A stretch of 64,000 nt of DNA from Chloroflexota bacterium (GCA_026707405.1 JAPOWW010000007.1:83749-147748); one strand, 5' to 3'. Positions 1-9,648 are shown, numbered from the stretch's first letter. Made by a program: numbers and translations. Notes: generated by a model from the letters alone, not told the origin.

Positions 1-51
1 AAGACCTAAGGACATCCCCACCGGCCGCCTAACCTAACGTGGGCTGCCCCC

Positions 52-107
52 CTGTTCGTCCTGAGCCAGCCTGCCCTGAGATTGCCGAAGGGTCGAAGGG
101 CGAACGG
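52..107. repeat. dispersed palindromic intergenic repeat, copy A (TCGTCCTGAGC...CGAAGGG..CGAACGG family)
   Basis: Sequence ctgttcgtcctgagccagcctgccctgagattgccgaagggtcgaagggcgaacgg. It shares a core with copies at 46076, 54789, 55591 and 57081. Confidence 0.6.
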
Positions 108-108
108 A

Positions 109-954
109 CTACCCGGCCCCCACTTTCTGCTTCTTCAACACCTCATTGAGCGAACCTGACCGGAACCCTTCCAGGTCCAGCGTCACGTACTTGTAGCCCA
201 CGCTCTTGATATTCGCCGCTATGCGTTCGGCCCGGCCCTCCGCGAAGAAGTCCTGAAGCTGGCCCGTCGGGATCTCCACGCGCGCCACGTCCCCGTGGTG
301 CCGCACGCGAAACTCCTTGAACCCTTCCAGACGCACGTAAATCTCTGCCTGCTCGATCTGCGAGAGCTTTTCGACCGTCACGCGCTCGCCGTAGGCGACC
401 CGCGACGCGAGGCAGGGAGCGGCCGGTTTATCCCAGCTAGCGAGACCTAGCTCGCGCGACAGCACCCGCACGTCGTCCTTGCTAAACCCGGCTTCGACCA
501 GCGGCGCCTTCGCGCCCGCCTTCTTGGCGGCAACCATCCCAGGGCGGAAGTCCGACAGGTCGTTCGTTACCGGACCGTAGGCCACGTGGGCGAAACCGGG
601 GTGGGCTTTCCTGAAATCGTCAATCTTGAAGAAAAGCTCTTCCTTGCAGAAATAGCATCGACTGGAATTGTTCTCGGCGTAGGATTCGTTTTCGACTTCT
701 TGGGTGTTCAGAAACTCGTGCCTGATCCCGATCGATTTGGCGAACCGGATAGCGTCATCCCTGTCCGCCGCCGAGTAGCTCGGCGAGATGGCCGTAAGCG
801 CCAGTGTCTTGTCGTCCAGCACGTCGTAGGCGACCTTGGCCAGCAGCGTGCTGTCTACGCCGCCCGAATAAGCGACTATCACGCTTCCGTAGCCCGCCAG
901 GATTTCTCTCAGGCGCTGGTGCTTGGCCTCGACCAGTGGAGCGGCTACCGCCAA
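109..954 (-). CDS. PP-loop ATP pyrophosphatase, LarE-like (ATP-dependent sulfur transferase family)
   Basis: The SGGVDS PP-loop motif lies near the N-terminus (AYSGGVDSTL) and a Cys-containing C-terminal half follows. Length is ~280 aa, typical of the TIGR00268/LarE family. The gene lies directly downstream of a JAMM gene on the same strand. Confidence 0.7.
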   Translation of the reverse strand: MAVAAPLVEAKHQRLREILAGYGSVIVAYSGGVDSTLLAKVAYDVLDDKTLALTAISPSYSAADRDDAIRFAKSIGIRHEFLNTQEVENESYAENNSSRCYFCKEELFFKIDDFRKAHPGFAHVAYGPVTNDLSDFRPGMVAAKKAGAKAPLVEAGFSKDDVRVLSRELGLASWDKPAAPCLASRVAYGERVTVEKLSQIEQAEIYVRLEGFKEFRVRHHGDVARVEIPTGQLQDFFAEGRAERIAANIKSVGYKYVTLDLEGFRSGSLNEVLKKQKVGAG

Positions 955-990
955 TTCGATTCGCCTTTTCCGGTTCTGTCTCGACTGATT

Positions 991-1467
991 CTAACCGCTG
1001 CCGCTTTCTTTTTTGTCAATGATCTCCACTGACTCCTCCTCTATCGTCCCGTCCTCGACGAAGAAGCTGCGCAGCCGCGTCATGTCTTCTCTCAGCGTGA
1101 CGATCACCAGCCGCGCCCGGCCTAGCACCACCCTGCGCACGTCTGTCGCCGAAGGGTACGGCTCCGAAGCCGGATGTGAATGGTAGTACGCCAGGTCGTC
1201 CAGGTCCTGATCGAATATCTCGTTCATGATCCGAAGCTGGTCCCGCGGGTTCATGAAATACTCCACGGGGCTGTGCAGGGTGTTCTCCGCCTCATGGACG
1301 CCCGTCACGGTGTCGTCCTTCCCGGCAAGAATGCCGCACGCCTCCTCGGGCGCGACCGCGCGGGCGTGATCGAAAATCCGTTCCACGGCTTCTCTCGGAA
1401 TGCGCAGCAAGCCGTACCTAGCTCCTGAACCTCGGAAGGAGCGAATCCAATCTCTCAATCCGCCCAA
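991..1467 (-). CDS. JAMM/MPN+ family metalloprotease (Mov34/Mec+-like)
   Basis: Carries the EEACGIL...HSHPASEPYPSATD signature (E-x(n)-HxH-x7-S-x2-D). A more likely TTG start at 1410 would give ~140 aa, beginning LLRIPREAV. Confidence 0.72.
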   Translation of the reverse strand: MGGLRDWIRSFRGSGARYGLLRIPREAVERIFDHARAVAPEEACGILAGKDDTVTGVHEAENTLHSPVEYFMNPRDQLRIMNEIFDQDLDDLAYYHSHPASEPYPSATDVRRVVLGRARLVIVTLREDMTRLRSFFVEDGTIEEESVEIIDKKESGSG

Positions 1468-1685
1468 TTATTAGCACTCGATGCCCTCGACTGCTAATAT
1501 GTCCCGTCAGATTTGTGCTGGTTTTTTGGGTCATAGGCAGATTGCCCATAGGAGTTGTAGAAGTCCGAAGCCGGTAACGATTATGACACCGAACGCGGCC
1601 CACGCGGCGGCGGTGAGGTGCGGATGAGATGCCGTAGGTCGGACATTAGGAAGTTAGGGATAAAAGCGAAAGGCGAGGAGTGTAG

Positions 1686-3323
1686 ATGGCCAAGCAGATT
1701 GTGATGGACGTGGAAGCCCGGAACCACTTGGTCGAGGGAATCGACATAGTGGCGAACTCGGTCCGTACCACTTTGGGGCCCAAGGGTCGAAACGTCGCTC
1801 TCGGCAAGAAGTACGGCGGGCCGACCGTCACCCACGACGGCGTAACGGTCGCCAAGGAAATCGAGCTTGAAGAGCCGTTCGCCAACATGGGCGCCCAGCT
1901 AATCAAGGAAGCCGCCAGCAAGACCAACGACATCGCCGGAGACGGCACCACCACCGCAACTGTCCTTGCTCAGACGATCCTGAAGGAAGGACTCAGAAAC
2001 GTCGCCGCGGGCGCCAATCCCATGATTATCAAGCGCGGGATCCAGAAAGGCGTCGGCGCGCTCGTCGAGAGCCTCAAGGACCAGGCGCTCCAGATCAAGG
2101 GCAAGCAGGAGATCGCCAACATCGCTGCCATCTCCGCCGCCGACCAGGAAATCGGCGACCTCATTGCCGACGTAATGGACAAGGTCGGCAAGGACGGCGC
2201 CATCACCGTCGAGGAGTCGAAGGGACTCGAGTTCGAGATCGAGTACGTCGAGGGGATGAAGTTCGACCGCGGCTACATCTCGCCCTACTTCGTGACCAAC
2301 CAGGAGCAGATGGAAGCCAACATCGAGGAGCCTTACATCCTCATTACCGACAAGAAGATCTCCGCGGTTTCCGATATCCTCCCGACCCTCGAAAAGGTCA
2401 CCCAGGCCGGCACCAAGGAGTTCATCGTCCTCGCCGAAGACATAGAGGGCGAAGCGCTCGCCACTCTGGTCGTCAACAAGCTTCGCGGCGTGTTGAACTG
2501 CCTGGCCCTCAAGGCCCCCGGCTACGGCGACCGGCGCAAGGAAATGCTCCAGGACATCGCCATCATCACCGGCGGCACGGTCGTCTCCGAGGACATGGGA
2601 CGTCGGCTCGACGGCGTGATTTTGGAGGACCTCGGGCGCGCCCGCCGCGTAATCTCCGACAAGGACAACACTACCGTTGTCGAAGGTCAGGGAACCGAGG
2701 CCGCCGTTCAGGGCCGCATCCAGCAGCTCAAGGCGCAGATGGAAGAAGCTTCTTCCGACTACGACCGCGAAAAGCTGCAAGAGCGTCTCGCCAAGCTCTC
2801 CGGCGGGGTAGCGGTCATGCGAGTAGGCGCTGCCACCGAGACCGAGCAGAAGGAAAAGCAGCACCGCGTTGAAGACGCTCTCTCCGCCACCCGCGCCGCC
2901 ATCGAAGAAGGCATCGTCGCCGGTGGCGGCGTCGCCCTCGTCAACGCCGTTCCGGCGCTCGACGGCGTGGAAGTCGAAAACGAGGACGAGGGAGCCGGTA
3001 TACGAGCCCTGCGCAAGGCGCTCGAGTCGCCGCTGCGCTACATCGCCGAGAACGCTGGCCACGACGGCTCCGTTGTCGTCGAGGAAGTCCGCCGCCGCCA
3101 CAACGGCGAGGCCAGCCAGTACATCGGCTTCGACGTAATCGCCGAGGACTACGGCGACATGGTCGAAAAGGGAATCATCGACCCGCTCAAGGTCACGCGC
3201 TCCGCCCTGGAGAACGCGGCCTCCATAGCTTCGATGATCCTCACCACCGAAGCCCTCATAGCCGACATTCCCGAGCCTCCCGCGCCCGCGCCTCCCGGCG
3301 GCATGGGAGGAATGGACTACTAG
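1686..3323 (+). CDS. groL: chaperonin GroEL (Cpn60)
   Basis: 545 aa with the canonical N-terminus [13 protein letters not shown] and an ATP-binding [11 protein letters not shown] motif. The C-terminus ends in the GGMGGMDY Gly-Met tail. Confidence 0.97.
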   Translation: MAKQIVMDVEARNHLVEGIDIVANSVRTTLGPKGRNVALGKKYGGPTVTHDGVTVAKEIELEEPFANMGAQLIKEAASKTNDIAGDGTTTATVLAQTILKEGLRNVAAGANPMIIKRGIQKGVGALVESLKDQALQIKGKQEIANIAAISAADQEIGDLIADVMDKVGKDGAITVEESKGLEFEIEYVEGMKFDRGYISPYFVTNQEQMEANIEEPYILITDKKISAVSDILPTLEKVTQAGTKEFIVLAEDIEGEALATLVVNKLRGVLNCLALKAPGYGDRRKEMLQDIAIITGGTVVSEDMGRRLDGVILEDLGRARRVISDKDNTTVVEGQGTEAAVQGRIQQLKAQMEEASSDYDREKLQERLAKLSGGVAVMRVGAATETEQKEKQHRVEDALSATRAAIEEGIVAGGGVALVNAVPALDGVEVENEDEGAGIRALRKALESPLRYIAENAGHDGSVVVEEVRRRHNGEASQYIGFDVIAEDYGDMVEKGIIDPLKVTRSALENAASIASMILTTEALIADIPEPPAPAPPGGMGGMDY

Positions 3324-3343
3324 TCCAATTCCCCGCGACCCAA

Positions 3344-3378
3344 AGCGGCCCGGCGCAATCGCCGGGCCGCTTTCATTT
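3344..3378 (+). terminator. rho-independent terminator downstream of groEL
   Basis: A GC-rich inverted repeat AGCGGCCCGGCG-caat-CGCCGGGCCGCT is followed by TTCATTT, ~20 nt after the groEL stop. Confidence 0.55.
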
Positions 3379-3505
3379 ACGGGGTCGAGCCACCCCTAGA
3401 CCACTTCGCGATCACGCTTTATAGACAATCAGGCTGATCCCCTCCGAACTGGCGCTATCCTATGGCCGTCCTTTAGCGAATAATCGCAACGTCTAGGACT
3501 AAGAG

Positions 3506-4885
3506 ATGCGCGAACTAGTCTTGGCGGCCCTCACGGCCGGACTCCTCTCCTTAATGGCCGTCGCCATAGCCACCGCCCACGACGAAGACCACAGCGCCGG
3601 TCAATGGCCGACCACGTGCGTCGATCTCAACGACATCGTCGAGGAGCACCTGGGACGTTTGGGTAACGTCGGCATCTACCAGAGGACATTCGGTGATCAG
3701 GCCGAAGCTGCCTGCCGGAACGATCACCGCAACGACGTCATAGCCGTTTTTGGCTGGGCGATAGCGACCGACGCCGGTCAAGCGGAATCCGCCGACTTGG
3801 AGCTTGACTGGCCTACGTCCTGCGTCGAATTGAACGACATCGTCGAGGAATATCTAGGTCGCACAGGCAACGTCGGCATCTATCAAAACACGTTCGGCGA
3901 TCAGGCCGAGGCCGCCTGCCAAAACGACCACCGCAACGACGTGCGCTCCGTCTTCGGCTGGGCCATCGGAACTACCGGCGCAGCTCCGCCGCCAACACCC
4001 GCACCCGCCGCTCTGCCGGCGGGAACACCCGTGCCCGCCGGTTCGCCGGCGCGCTTCGCGTTCGGGTCGAATCGGGACGGGGATCACGAGATCTACGTCA
4101 TGAACGCCGACGGGACGGGCGTCGTGCAGTTGACCCACAATACCGCCCTGGACGCTGCCCCCGCCTGGTCGCCGGACGGGCGCCGCATAGCGTTCAGGTC
4201 GAATCGGGATGGAAATCCCGAAATCTACGTCATGAATGCCGACGGAACAGGTGTCGTGCAGTTGACTCACAATGCCGCCCTGGATGCTGCCCCCGCCTGG
4301 TCGCCGGACGGACGCCGCATAGCGTTCACGTCGGATCGGGACGGGGATTTCGAGATCTTCGTCATGAATGCCGACGGAACGGACGTCGTGCAGTTGACTC
4401 AGAATACCGCCCTGGATGCCGCCCCCGCCTGGTCGCCGGACGGGCGCCGCATAGCGTTCAGGTCGAATCGGGACGGGAATCCCGAAATCTACGTCATGAA
4501 CGCTAACGGGACGGGCGTGGCGCGCTTGACGAGCCATGGCGGTACGCACATATCCCGCCCCGCCTGGTCGCCGGACGGGCGCCGCATAGCGTTCGCGTCG
4601 AATCGGGACGGGGATCCTAATATCTTCGTCATGAATGCCAACGGAACGGGCTCGGCGCGCTTGACGAGTCATACCGCGGACGATTGGGTACCCGCCTGGT
4701 CACCGGACGGGCTCCGCGTCGCGTTCACATCGGATCGGGACGGGAATCCCGAGATCTACGTCGTGAACACCGACGGATCCGGCGTGGCGCGCTTGACGAG
4801 CCATGACGCTACGCACATATCCCGCCCCGCCTGGTCGCCCGGCGGCGCGAGCAATGACTCCGACGCGACCGTTGCAACCGACTAG
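3506..4885 (+). CDS. membrane-anchored/secreted protein with two N-terminal copies of an uncharacterised Cys-containing domain plus seven TolB-like (PD40) beta-propeller repeats
   Basis: An N-terminal hydrophobic anchor (LVLAALTAGLLSLMAVAIA) is followed by two ~60-aa copies of WPTxCV(D/E)LNDIVEE(H/Y)LGRxGNVGIYQxTFGDQAEAACxNDHRNDV. A Pro/Ala-rich linker leads into 7 repeats of the FxSNRDGxxEIYVMNADGTGxxxLTxxxAxDxxPAWSPDGRRIAF type, typical of the PD40/TolB propeller. Confidence 0.8.
   Translation: MRELVLAALTAGLLSLMAVAIATAHDEDHSAGQWPTTCVDLNDIVEEHLGRLGNVGIYQRTFGDQAEAACRNDHRNDVIAVFGWAIATDAGQAESADLELDWPTSCVELNDIVEEYLGRTGNVGIYQNTFGDQAEAACQNDHRNDVRSVFGWAIGTTGAAPPPTPAPAALPAGTPVPAGSPARFAFGSNRDGDHEIYVMNADGTGVVQLTHNTALDAAPAWSPDGRRIAFRSNRDGNPEIYVMNADGTGVVQLTHNAALDAAPAWSPDGRRIAFTSDRDGDFEIFVMNADGTDVVQLTQNTALDAAPAWSPDGRRIAFRSNRDGNPEIYVMNANGTGVARLTSHGGTHISRPAWSPDGRRIAFASNRDGDPNIFVMNANGTGSARLTSHTADDWVPAWSPDGLRVAFTSDRDGNPEIYVVNTDGSGVARLTSHDATHISRPAWSPGGASNDSDATVATD
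4060..4850 (+). repeat. tandem ~120-bp nucleotide repeats (x7) encoding the PD40 blades
   Basis: Near-identical ~120-nt units are visible directly at the DNA level (e.g. gtcgaatcgggacgg...gcctggtcgccggacgggcgccgcatagcgttc recurring). This also generates the long antisense ORF 3854..4672. Confidence 0.7.
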
Positions 4886-4957
4886 ACAGTGGCGTCTCCG
4901 ACATTGACCCGCTGCTTCATGAAGCGGCCTGGATAGCTCTGCGCATTCCGCCCTCGT

Positions 4958-4981
4958 AGGGGCGGTTCGCAAACCGCCCCT
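4958..4981. repeat. 24-nt perfect palindrome AGGGGCGGTTCGCAAACCGCCCCT (copy 1 of 2)
   Basis: Near-identical to 54723-54744 including the 5' flank tcgtagg. Lies in an intergenic region. Confidence 0.6.
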
Positions 4982-5126
4982 GCGTCCCCGGCCCAACCGT
5001 TACCCATGTGGCCCGGCCGTCAGAATCGGTTTTTGCCCCCTCATCCAACGCAAGCTCAAAGAGTTCGAAACAGCGGTATCCTAGAGCGGTTCAAGAGACC
5101 GTATATCGCAACGGGAGGAATGCGAA

Positions 5127-5726
5127 ATGCGTAAGCTCATATTGGCGGCGGTAGCCGCCGGGATTCTGTCCATTGTGGCCATCGCCATCGCCGCGGCCCA
5201 CGACGACCATAGCACCGGTGAATGGCCTACCTCGTGCGTCGATCTCAACGACATCGTCGAGGAGCATCTGGGCCGTTTAGGCAACGTCGGTATCTACCAG
5301 CGGACATTCGGCGATCAGGCAGAGGCCGCCTGCCAGAACGACCACCGCAACGACGTGCGCTCCGTCTTCGCGTGGGCGATCCACGCACCTAGCCCCGAGC
5401 CGGTAGTGGTATCAGGGCAAGGCAACGCTGTTTCCGACCAATTCACGCTGTCGAAAGCGCGATACGTGGTCACGGCCTCGTGGTCCAACAACTCTCACGA
5501 CTCTGGCATCGGCGACAACTTCATATCGAAGCTGATTGCGGTCAACGGAGAGATTCAGGAGAGCTTCTTTTGCTCCGACAAAGCAACTCTCACGAACGTG
5601 ATTCAGGGTGAAGGTTCGGTTCAAGTAACAATCGACGTTTGCACGGATGTAGCCACTCTCTACACTCAGGTAGAAAACGCTCGTCCGAACGTCCAGTGGA
5701 CGTTCACGATCACCCGGGTTGGCTAG
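5127..5726 (+). CDS. membrane-anchored/secreted protein carrying one copy of the same uncharacterised WPTxC...NDHRNDV domain
   Basis: An N-terminal anchor (KLILAAVAAGILSIVAIAIAAA) is followed by HDDHSTGEWPTSCVDLNDIVEEHLGRLGNVGIYQRTFGDQAEAACQNDHRNDVRSVFAWAI. The domain is ~88% nt identical to 3595-3760. A distinct C-terminal region has no recognisable family. Confidence 0.72.
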   Translation: MRKLILAAVAAGILSIVAIAIAAAHDDHSTGEWPTSCVDLNDIVEEHLGRLGNVGIYQRTFGDQAEAACQNDHRNDVRSVFAWAIHAPSPEPVVVSGQGNAVSDQFTLSKARYVVTASWSNNSHDSGIGDNFISKLIAVNGEIQESFFCSDKATLTNVIQGEGSVQVTIDVCTDVATLYTQVENARPNVQWTFTITRVG

Positions 5727-5853
5727 CCCAAGACACCCCCGGGCATTCAAGCGGGGAGAGGGGCCATCCCCCCTCCCCGCTCGCTTTATCGCGCGGTCAC
5801 ACCCCGCCAGTTGCGGGTCTAGACAGGCGCCTCCATCTGACGGGCGCGCCAAC

Positions 5854-7668
5854 CTAACCCATCACCCCAAATACCAGCACCAGCATCCCGAACAGCGCCG
5901 CCAGGATTAACACCGCCACCGCCGATCCCGCCTTCACGTAATCGCCAAAGCGGTAGTTCCCCGGCCCCATCACCAAAATATTCCCCGGATGCGAATACGG
6001 CGACACGAACCCCGTGGCCGCCGCCAGCGCGATTGAGAGCGCGAACATCCGCGGATCGGCATCCATCCGGATCGCCGCGTCGATGGCGATGGGAGTCATC
6101 AGGACCGCCGTCACGTGGTTGCCCAGGACGTGCGTGAACACGAACGTAAGCAGCATCACCCCGGCCACTACCAGCCACGGGCCGAAAACGTCCAGGTTCG
6201 ACGCCAGACCGGAAGCCGCCAGGCTCGCCGCGCCCGTCTCGCGCATAGCCTCCGCCAGCGCCAGCATCGCGCCGATCAGCACAACCGCCCGCCATTCCAC
6301 GCTCGACCGCGCTTCCGTGATGTTCACGCAGCCCGTCGCCACCATCGCGATCGCCGCCGTCACCGCGACGATAGGCACCGAAGCCCATCCCGCCACCAGC
6401 GCCACCACGAACCCCAGCAATATCGCCACCGCCACCGGCGCCCGCTCCCGGCGGAACGGCCGGCCGCTCTGCTCCGTCAGGACGACGAAATCCGGTGATT
6501 CCCGCAACCCCTCGATGCGGGCGTGCGGTCCGTGCACGAGCAGCGCGTCGCCCTGCTCCAGTGGGATATTTTGCAGGTGCGTCCTGCGCGGCACGCCGTC
6601 GCGCCAGATTCCAAGCACGTTCAGACCGTAGCGGTCGCGGAAGCCCGTCTCGTTCAGCGTCCGTCCATTCAGACCGCTTCGCGGCGTCAGCGCCGCCTCG
6701 ACGATCTCGACTGACTCCGTCTGAAGAGCGCTCGTCCCGTTCTCCATCTCGCTGCGAACGACCAGCGAATGCGCCGCCGCGGCGGCGTCCAGGTCTTCGG
6801 GTCTCGCGCTGACGATCAGAACGTCGCCTGCGATCACCGCCGTCGACGGCATCAGCGAGACTATTGTCTTCCCTCGCCTGCTGATCGCCACCACCCACAC
6901 CCCGAACGACTCGCCCATTGCGGTGTCGCTGAGCGTCCTTCCCGTCAGATCGCTCGCGGGCGGCACGTAAAGCTCGAACAGTCGGTCTTCGAGTTTGTAT
7001 TGGGGATGCTCCCGCCTCCCCGCCGGCAGCATCGCCGCGATCCCGGCTCCAGTCGCCCTAACCGGAAGCAACCGACTCCCGCCCAGCGTCATCACCGCCA
7101 TACCCGCCGCCAGCGCCACGAGCCCGAACGGCGTAAACTCGAACAGGCTGAACCCCGTGTACCCCTCGTCGATCAGCATGCTGTGAACAAGCAGGTTCGC
7201 GGGGGTCCCGACGAGCGTTAGCAGGCTCCCCATCAGCGTCGCGTACGACAGCGGGATCAGTACCCTTGAGATCGGAGTGTTCATCTCCCGCGCGGCCGCC
7301 ACGACCGCCGGTAGCAAAACAGCCGCCGCGGCAATCGCGTTCATGAACCCCGAAAGACCCGCCGCGACCAGCATCGTTATAGCCAGCAGCCGGCGTTCGC
7401 TTCCCCCGGACACACGCCGGATTAGCCGCCCGATCTCGTATGCCACGCCCGTCCGCGCCAGGCCACTGCTCATCACGTACACCGCGCCGATAGTCACCAC
7501 CGCCGGATTCGCAAATCCGCCGATGGCTTGGCCGGCGTCCAGCACCCCCGCCAGCGCGACGACAACCAGAACACCAAGAGCTATGAGATCGGGCGGAAAT
7601 CGCCCCGTCGCGAAAAGCGCCATCGCCACGGCAAGCACCGCCAGCACCAACGCGGTCTCGAAAGTCAC
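5854..7668 (-). CDS. SLC13/DASS-family anion permease with two central TrkA-C (RCK_C) domains
   Basis: 604 aa with polytopic hydrophobic N- and C-halves, a soluble TrkA-C-like insert (aa ~230-400), and a typical CitT/SLC13 permease architecture. Confidence 0.75.
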   Translation of the reverse strand: MTFETALVLAVLAVAMALFATGRFPPDLIALGVLVVVALAGVLDAGQAIGGFANPAVVTIGAVYVMSSGLARTGVAYEIGRLIRRVSGGSERRLLAITMLVAAGLSGFMNAIAAAAVLLPAVVAAAREMNTPISRVLIPLSYATLMGSLLTLVGTPANLLVHSMLIDEGYTGFSLFEFTPFGLVALAAGMAVMTLGGSRLLPVRATGAGIAAMLPAGRREHPQYKLEDRLFELYVPPASDLTGRTLSDTAMGESFGVWVVAISRRGKTIVSLMPSTAVIAGDVLIVSARPEDLDAAAAAHSLVVRSEMENGTSALQTESVEIVEAALTPRSGLNGRTLNETGFRDRYGLNVLGIWRDGVPRRTHLQNIPLEQGDALLVHGPHARIEGLRESPDFVVLTEQSGRPFRRERAPVAVAILLGFVVALVAGWASVPIVAVTAAIAMVATGCVNITEARSSVEWRAVVLIGAMLALAEAMRETGAASLAASGLASNLDVFGPWLVVAGVMLLTFVFTHVLGNHVTAVLMTPIAIDAAIRMDADPRMFALSIALAAATGFVSPYSHPGNILVMGPGNYRFGDYVKAGSAVAVLILAALFGMLVLVFGVMG

Positions 7669-7876
7669 GAAGGCCAGGTCTCACTCAAGGGCGCTATCGC
7701 TCGCCCGTCCCGCGGTGCGCCTGTCGGGATGATGTCCTGAACTCCAAACAAGCGATGCCCAAATATATGCCCGGCTGCCCCTCCGGTAGCCCGTCTAATT
7801 CTCGGCTGCGCCACGTTAACGGCGGCTCCTTCTACACGCACCGGACGACACGTGCGCAACACGAGGACTCCACTGT

Positions 7877-9277
7877 TCAATCCGTTTGGGTGCCGATCTC
7901 CGTCAACCTTCCGGTCCTCACGCCGGTCAGAGTGCCTTGCTCTTTCAGACGTTCGACCACGAACTCGCGTAATCGCACCCCCAAGGCGGCGGGATCCACC
8001 GCGTCGAGCATCCAGCGAAAACCCGCGTTCCCCCCGGCCAGGAACTCCGAAGTCGCCACTGTGTACACGCGATTGGGATCGATTCGCTTGCCGCCAACAG
8101 TCGCGTTCACCACTCGCTTTCCCTTCGGTTGCCGGTAGTCCACCTTCAGTCTGGCTCCCGAAAACGCCAAGTTGTTATACGACCGCTCAAACCCGTATTC
8201 GAGCACTGCTCTCAAGTGTCGGCCCCGCAGGCCGACCACCCAAATCTCCTCGTCATAGACGATCATTTCGTCGACGTCCGACTCGCGTATCGGCCCCGGC
8301 CCAAAAACGTGCTGAATCCCCCATGCCTTCTGTATGGCTAAGTCGGCCTTCGCGTACGACCGCATGGAATCGACCAGCCAGTTGCCGAGCGGGGTATTCG
8401 GCCGTAGATTCACGTTGTTGCCGTTTATGTCTAGCCAATACTGATGCGGGCGGAAGTCGGTCAGCGACTCGGCGATTACTTCCGACGCGCCTCCGTTCTT
8501 CGCGTCCGTGTCCAGCGCCTTGTCCACGTCGTCGGCCGTCAGCGAGTAGCTCTCCGACGGATGAATCAGTCCCGACCACGAGTCCAGCCAGATACCTCGC
8601 AGGCAGACCTCCAGTCTGCCGACCGAACGAATGTTGCTGTGGGCCTGACCGACGATCGTGCCCGCTATTTCGCCGTAACCGGCGGTCAGATGTTCGTGAC
8701 CGCTCAAGACAGCGTCGATTTCCGGAAACCTGTGTACGAGCCGGTCCCTCTCCGGCAGCCATCCGTGAAATAGCACTATCACCACGTCGGCGCTCGACCT
8801 GGCCTTCGGTATCCACTTCCGCGCCGTTTCGATCGGGTCCGAAACGACCACCGCCGGGTCGTACTTCTTGCTCAGCATAAAGCCCTCGTCCCGCATCACC
8901 AGTCCCAGGACCGCCACTTTCAGTCCGGAGCTGCGGATTATGCGGTACGGCCGACACCACCTCGGCCGCCGGGTCATCGAACGGCCGGGGACCTTCAACT
9001 CTAAGTTCGCGCAGACGAACGGCAGCGCGCCGCTGGCGCGCCGTACCGCCTTTAACCCCTCCACCGTCAGGTCTTCGTTGCCGAGCGCCACCGCGTCGTA
9101 ATCGACGAGCTTCATCAAATCGAAGAACTGAAAGCCGTCACCCGCGTCGAGAGTGATCGGTCGGCCCGTTCCGCCGGACCGCAACGCCCGTATCAGCGCC
9201 GTAAGGCGGGAAAAGTCTCTGGCGGGCGCGTCTTGGATGTCGTTTGTGTGAAAGACTACAAGTTTTTTGAACGCCAT
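7877..9277 (-). CDS. bifunctional metallophosphatase / 5'-nucleotidase (UshA-like)
   Basis: Calcineurin-like phosphoesterase motifs (VVFHTND..., GNEDL, VLSGHEHL) are followed by a 5'-nucleotidase C-terminal substrate-binding domain. Confidence 0.7.
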   Translation of the reverse strand: MAFKKLVVFHTNDIQDAPARDFSRLTALIRALRSGGTGRPITLDAGDGFQFFDLMKLVDYDAVALGNEDLTVEGLKAVRRASGALPFVCANLELKVPGRSMTRRPRWCRPYRIIRSSGLKVAVLGLVMRDEGFMLSKKYDPAVVVSDPIETARKWIPKARSSADVVIVLFHGWLPERDRLVHRFPEIDAVLSGHEHLTAGYGEIAGTIVGQAHSNIRSVGRLEVCLRGIWLDSWSGLIHPSESYSLTADDVDKALDTDAKNGGASEVIAESLTDFRPHQYWLDINGNNVNLRPNTPLGNWLVDSMRSYAKADLAIQKAWGIQHVFGPGPIRESDVDEMIVYDEEIWVVGLRGRHLRAVLEYGFERSYNNLAFSGARLKVDYRQPKGKRVVNATVGGKRIDPNRVYTVATSEFLAGGNAGFRWMLDAVDPAALGVRLREFVVERLKEQGTLTGVRTGRLTEIGTQTD

Positions 9278-9648
9278 CAGCGACAGCGCGAAGAACTCGC
9301 GGCGTTAGACCTCCTTAGCTCGCCCCCCAAATACATCGCAGCCGGCTTCAGGTCATTTCCTAAGCCGCACCAGTTGCCCGAAGCCGCACAACAGGCTCGC
9401 GATCCGCAGACTCAGTTGCTGCAAACGATATGTGCCAACTAGTCACGAGATCAGCAGTTGGGTTTGCTCCAGGGATGCTGTCCTGCTCGCGCTCCCGCGC
9501 GACCTGCCTCGAAATCCGGCTTTGTGACTTCCCTTGGACGATTGATCCATGCACGACCCACTCATGCCGTCGCACAATCGCTCGGCGGCGAATTATAACC
9601 AGTGGTCCTCTAGCTGAGACACCGTTTCAATCCCGCGAAACCGGCCGC

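Noticed and set aside
1899-3101. 400-aa ORF antisense to groEL
   Set aside because: It lies entirely inside the strongly supported groEL CDS on the opposite strand. The Gly/Asp/Leu-rich low-complexity translation is typical of GC-rich antisense frames.
3854-4672. 272-aa repeat-rich antisense ORF
   Set aside because: An artefact of the 120-bp tandem repeats encoding PD40 blades on the + strand.
5819-6898. 359-aa Arg/Gly-rich ORF and other +/- strand ORFs between 6014 and 7740
   Set aside because: All overlap the SLC13 permease gene. They are extremely biased (Arg, Gly, His) low-complexity translations with no motifs.
7852-8960. 342-aa and 235-aa ORFs overlapping the 5'-nucleotidase gene
   Set aside because: Antisense or alternate-frame ORFs with Arg/Pro/Ser-rich composition. 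The nucleotidase frame carries the real motifs.
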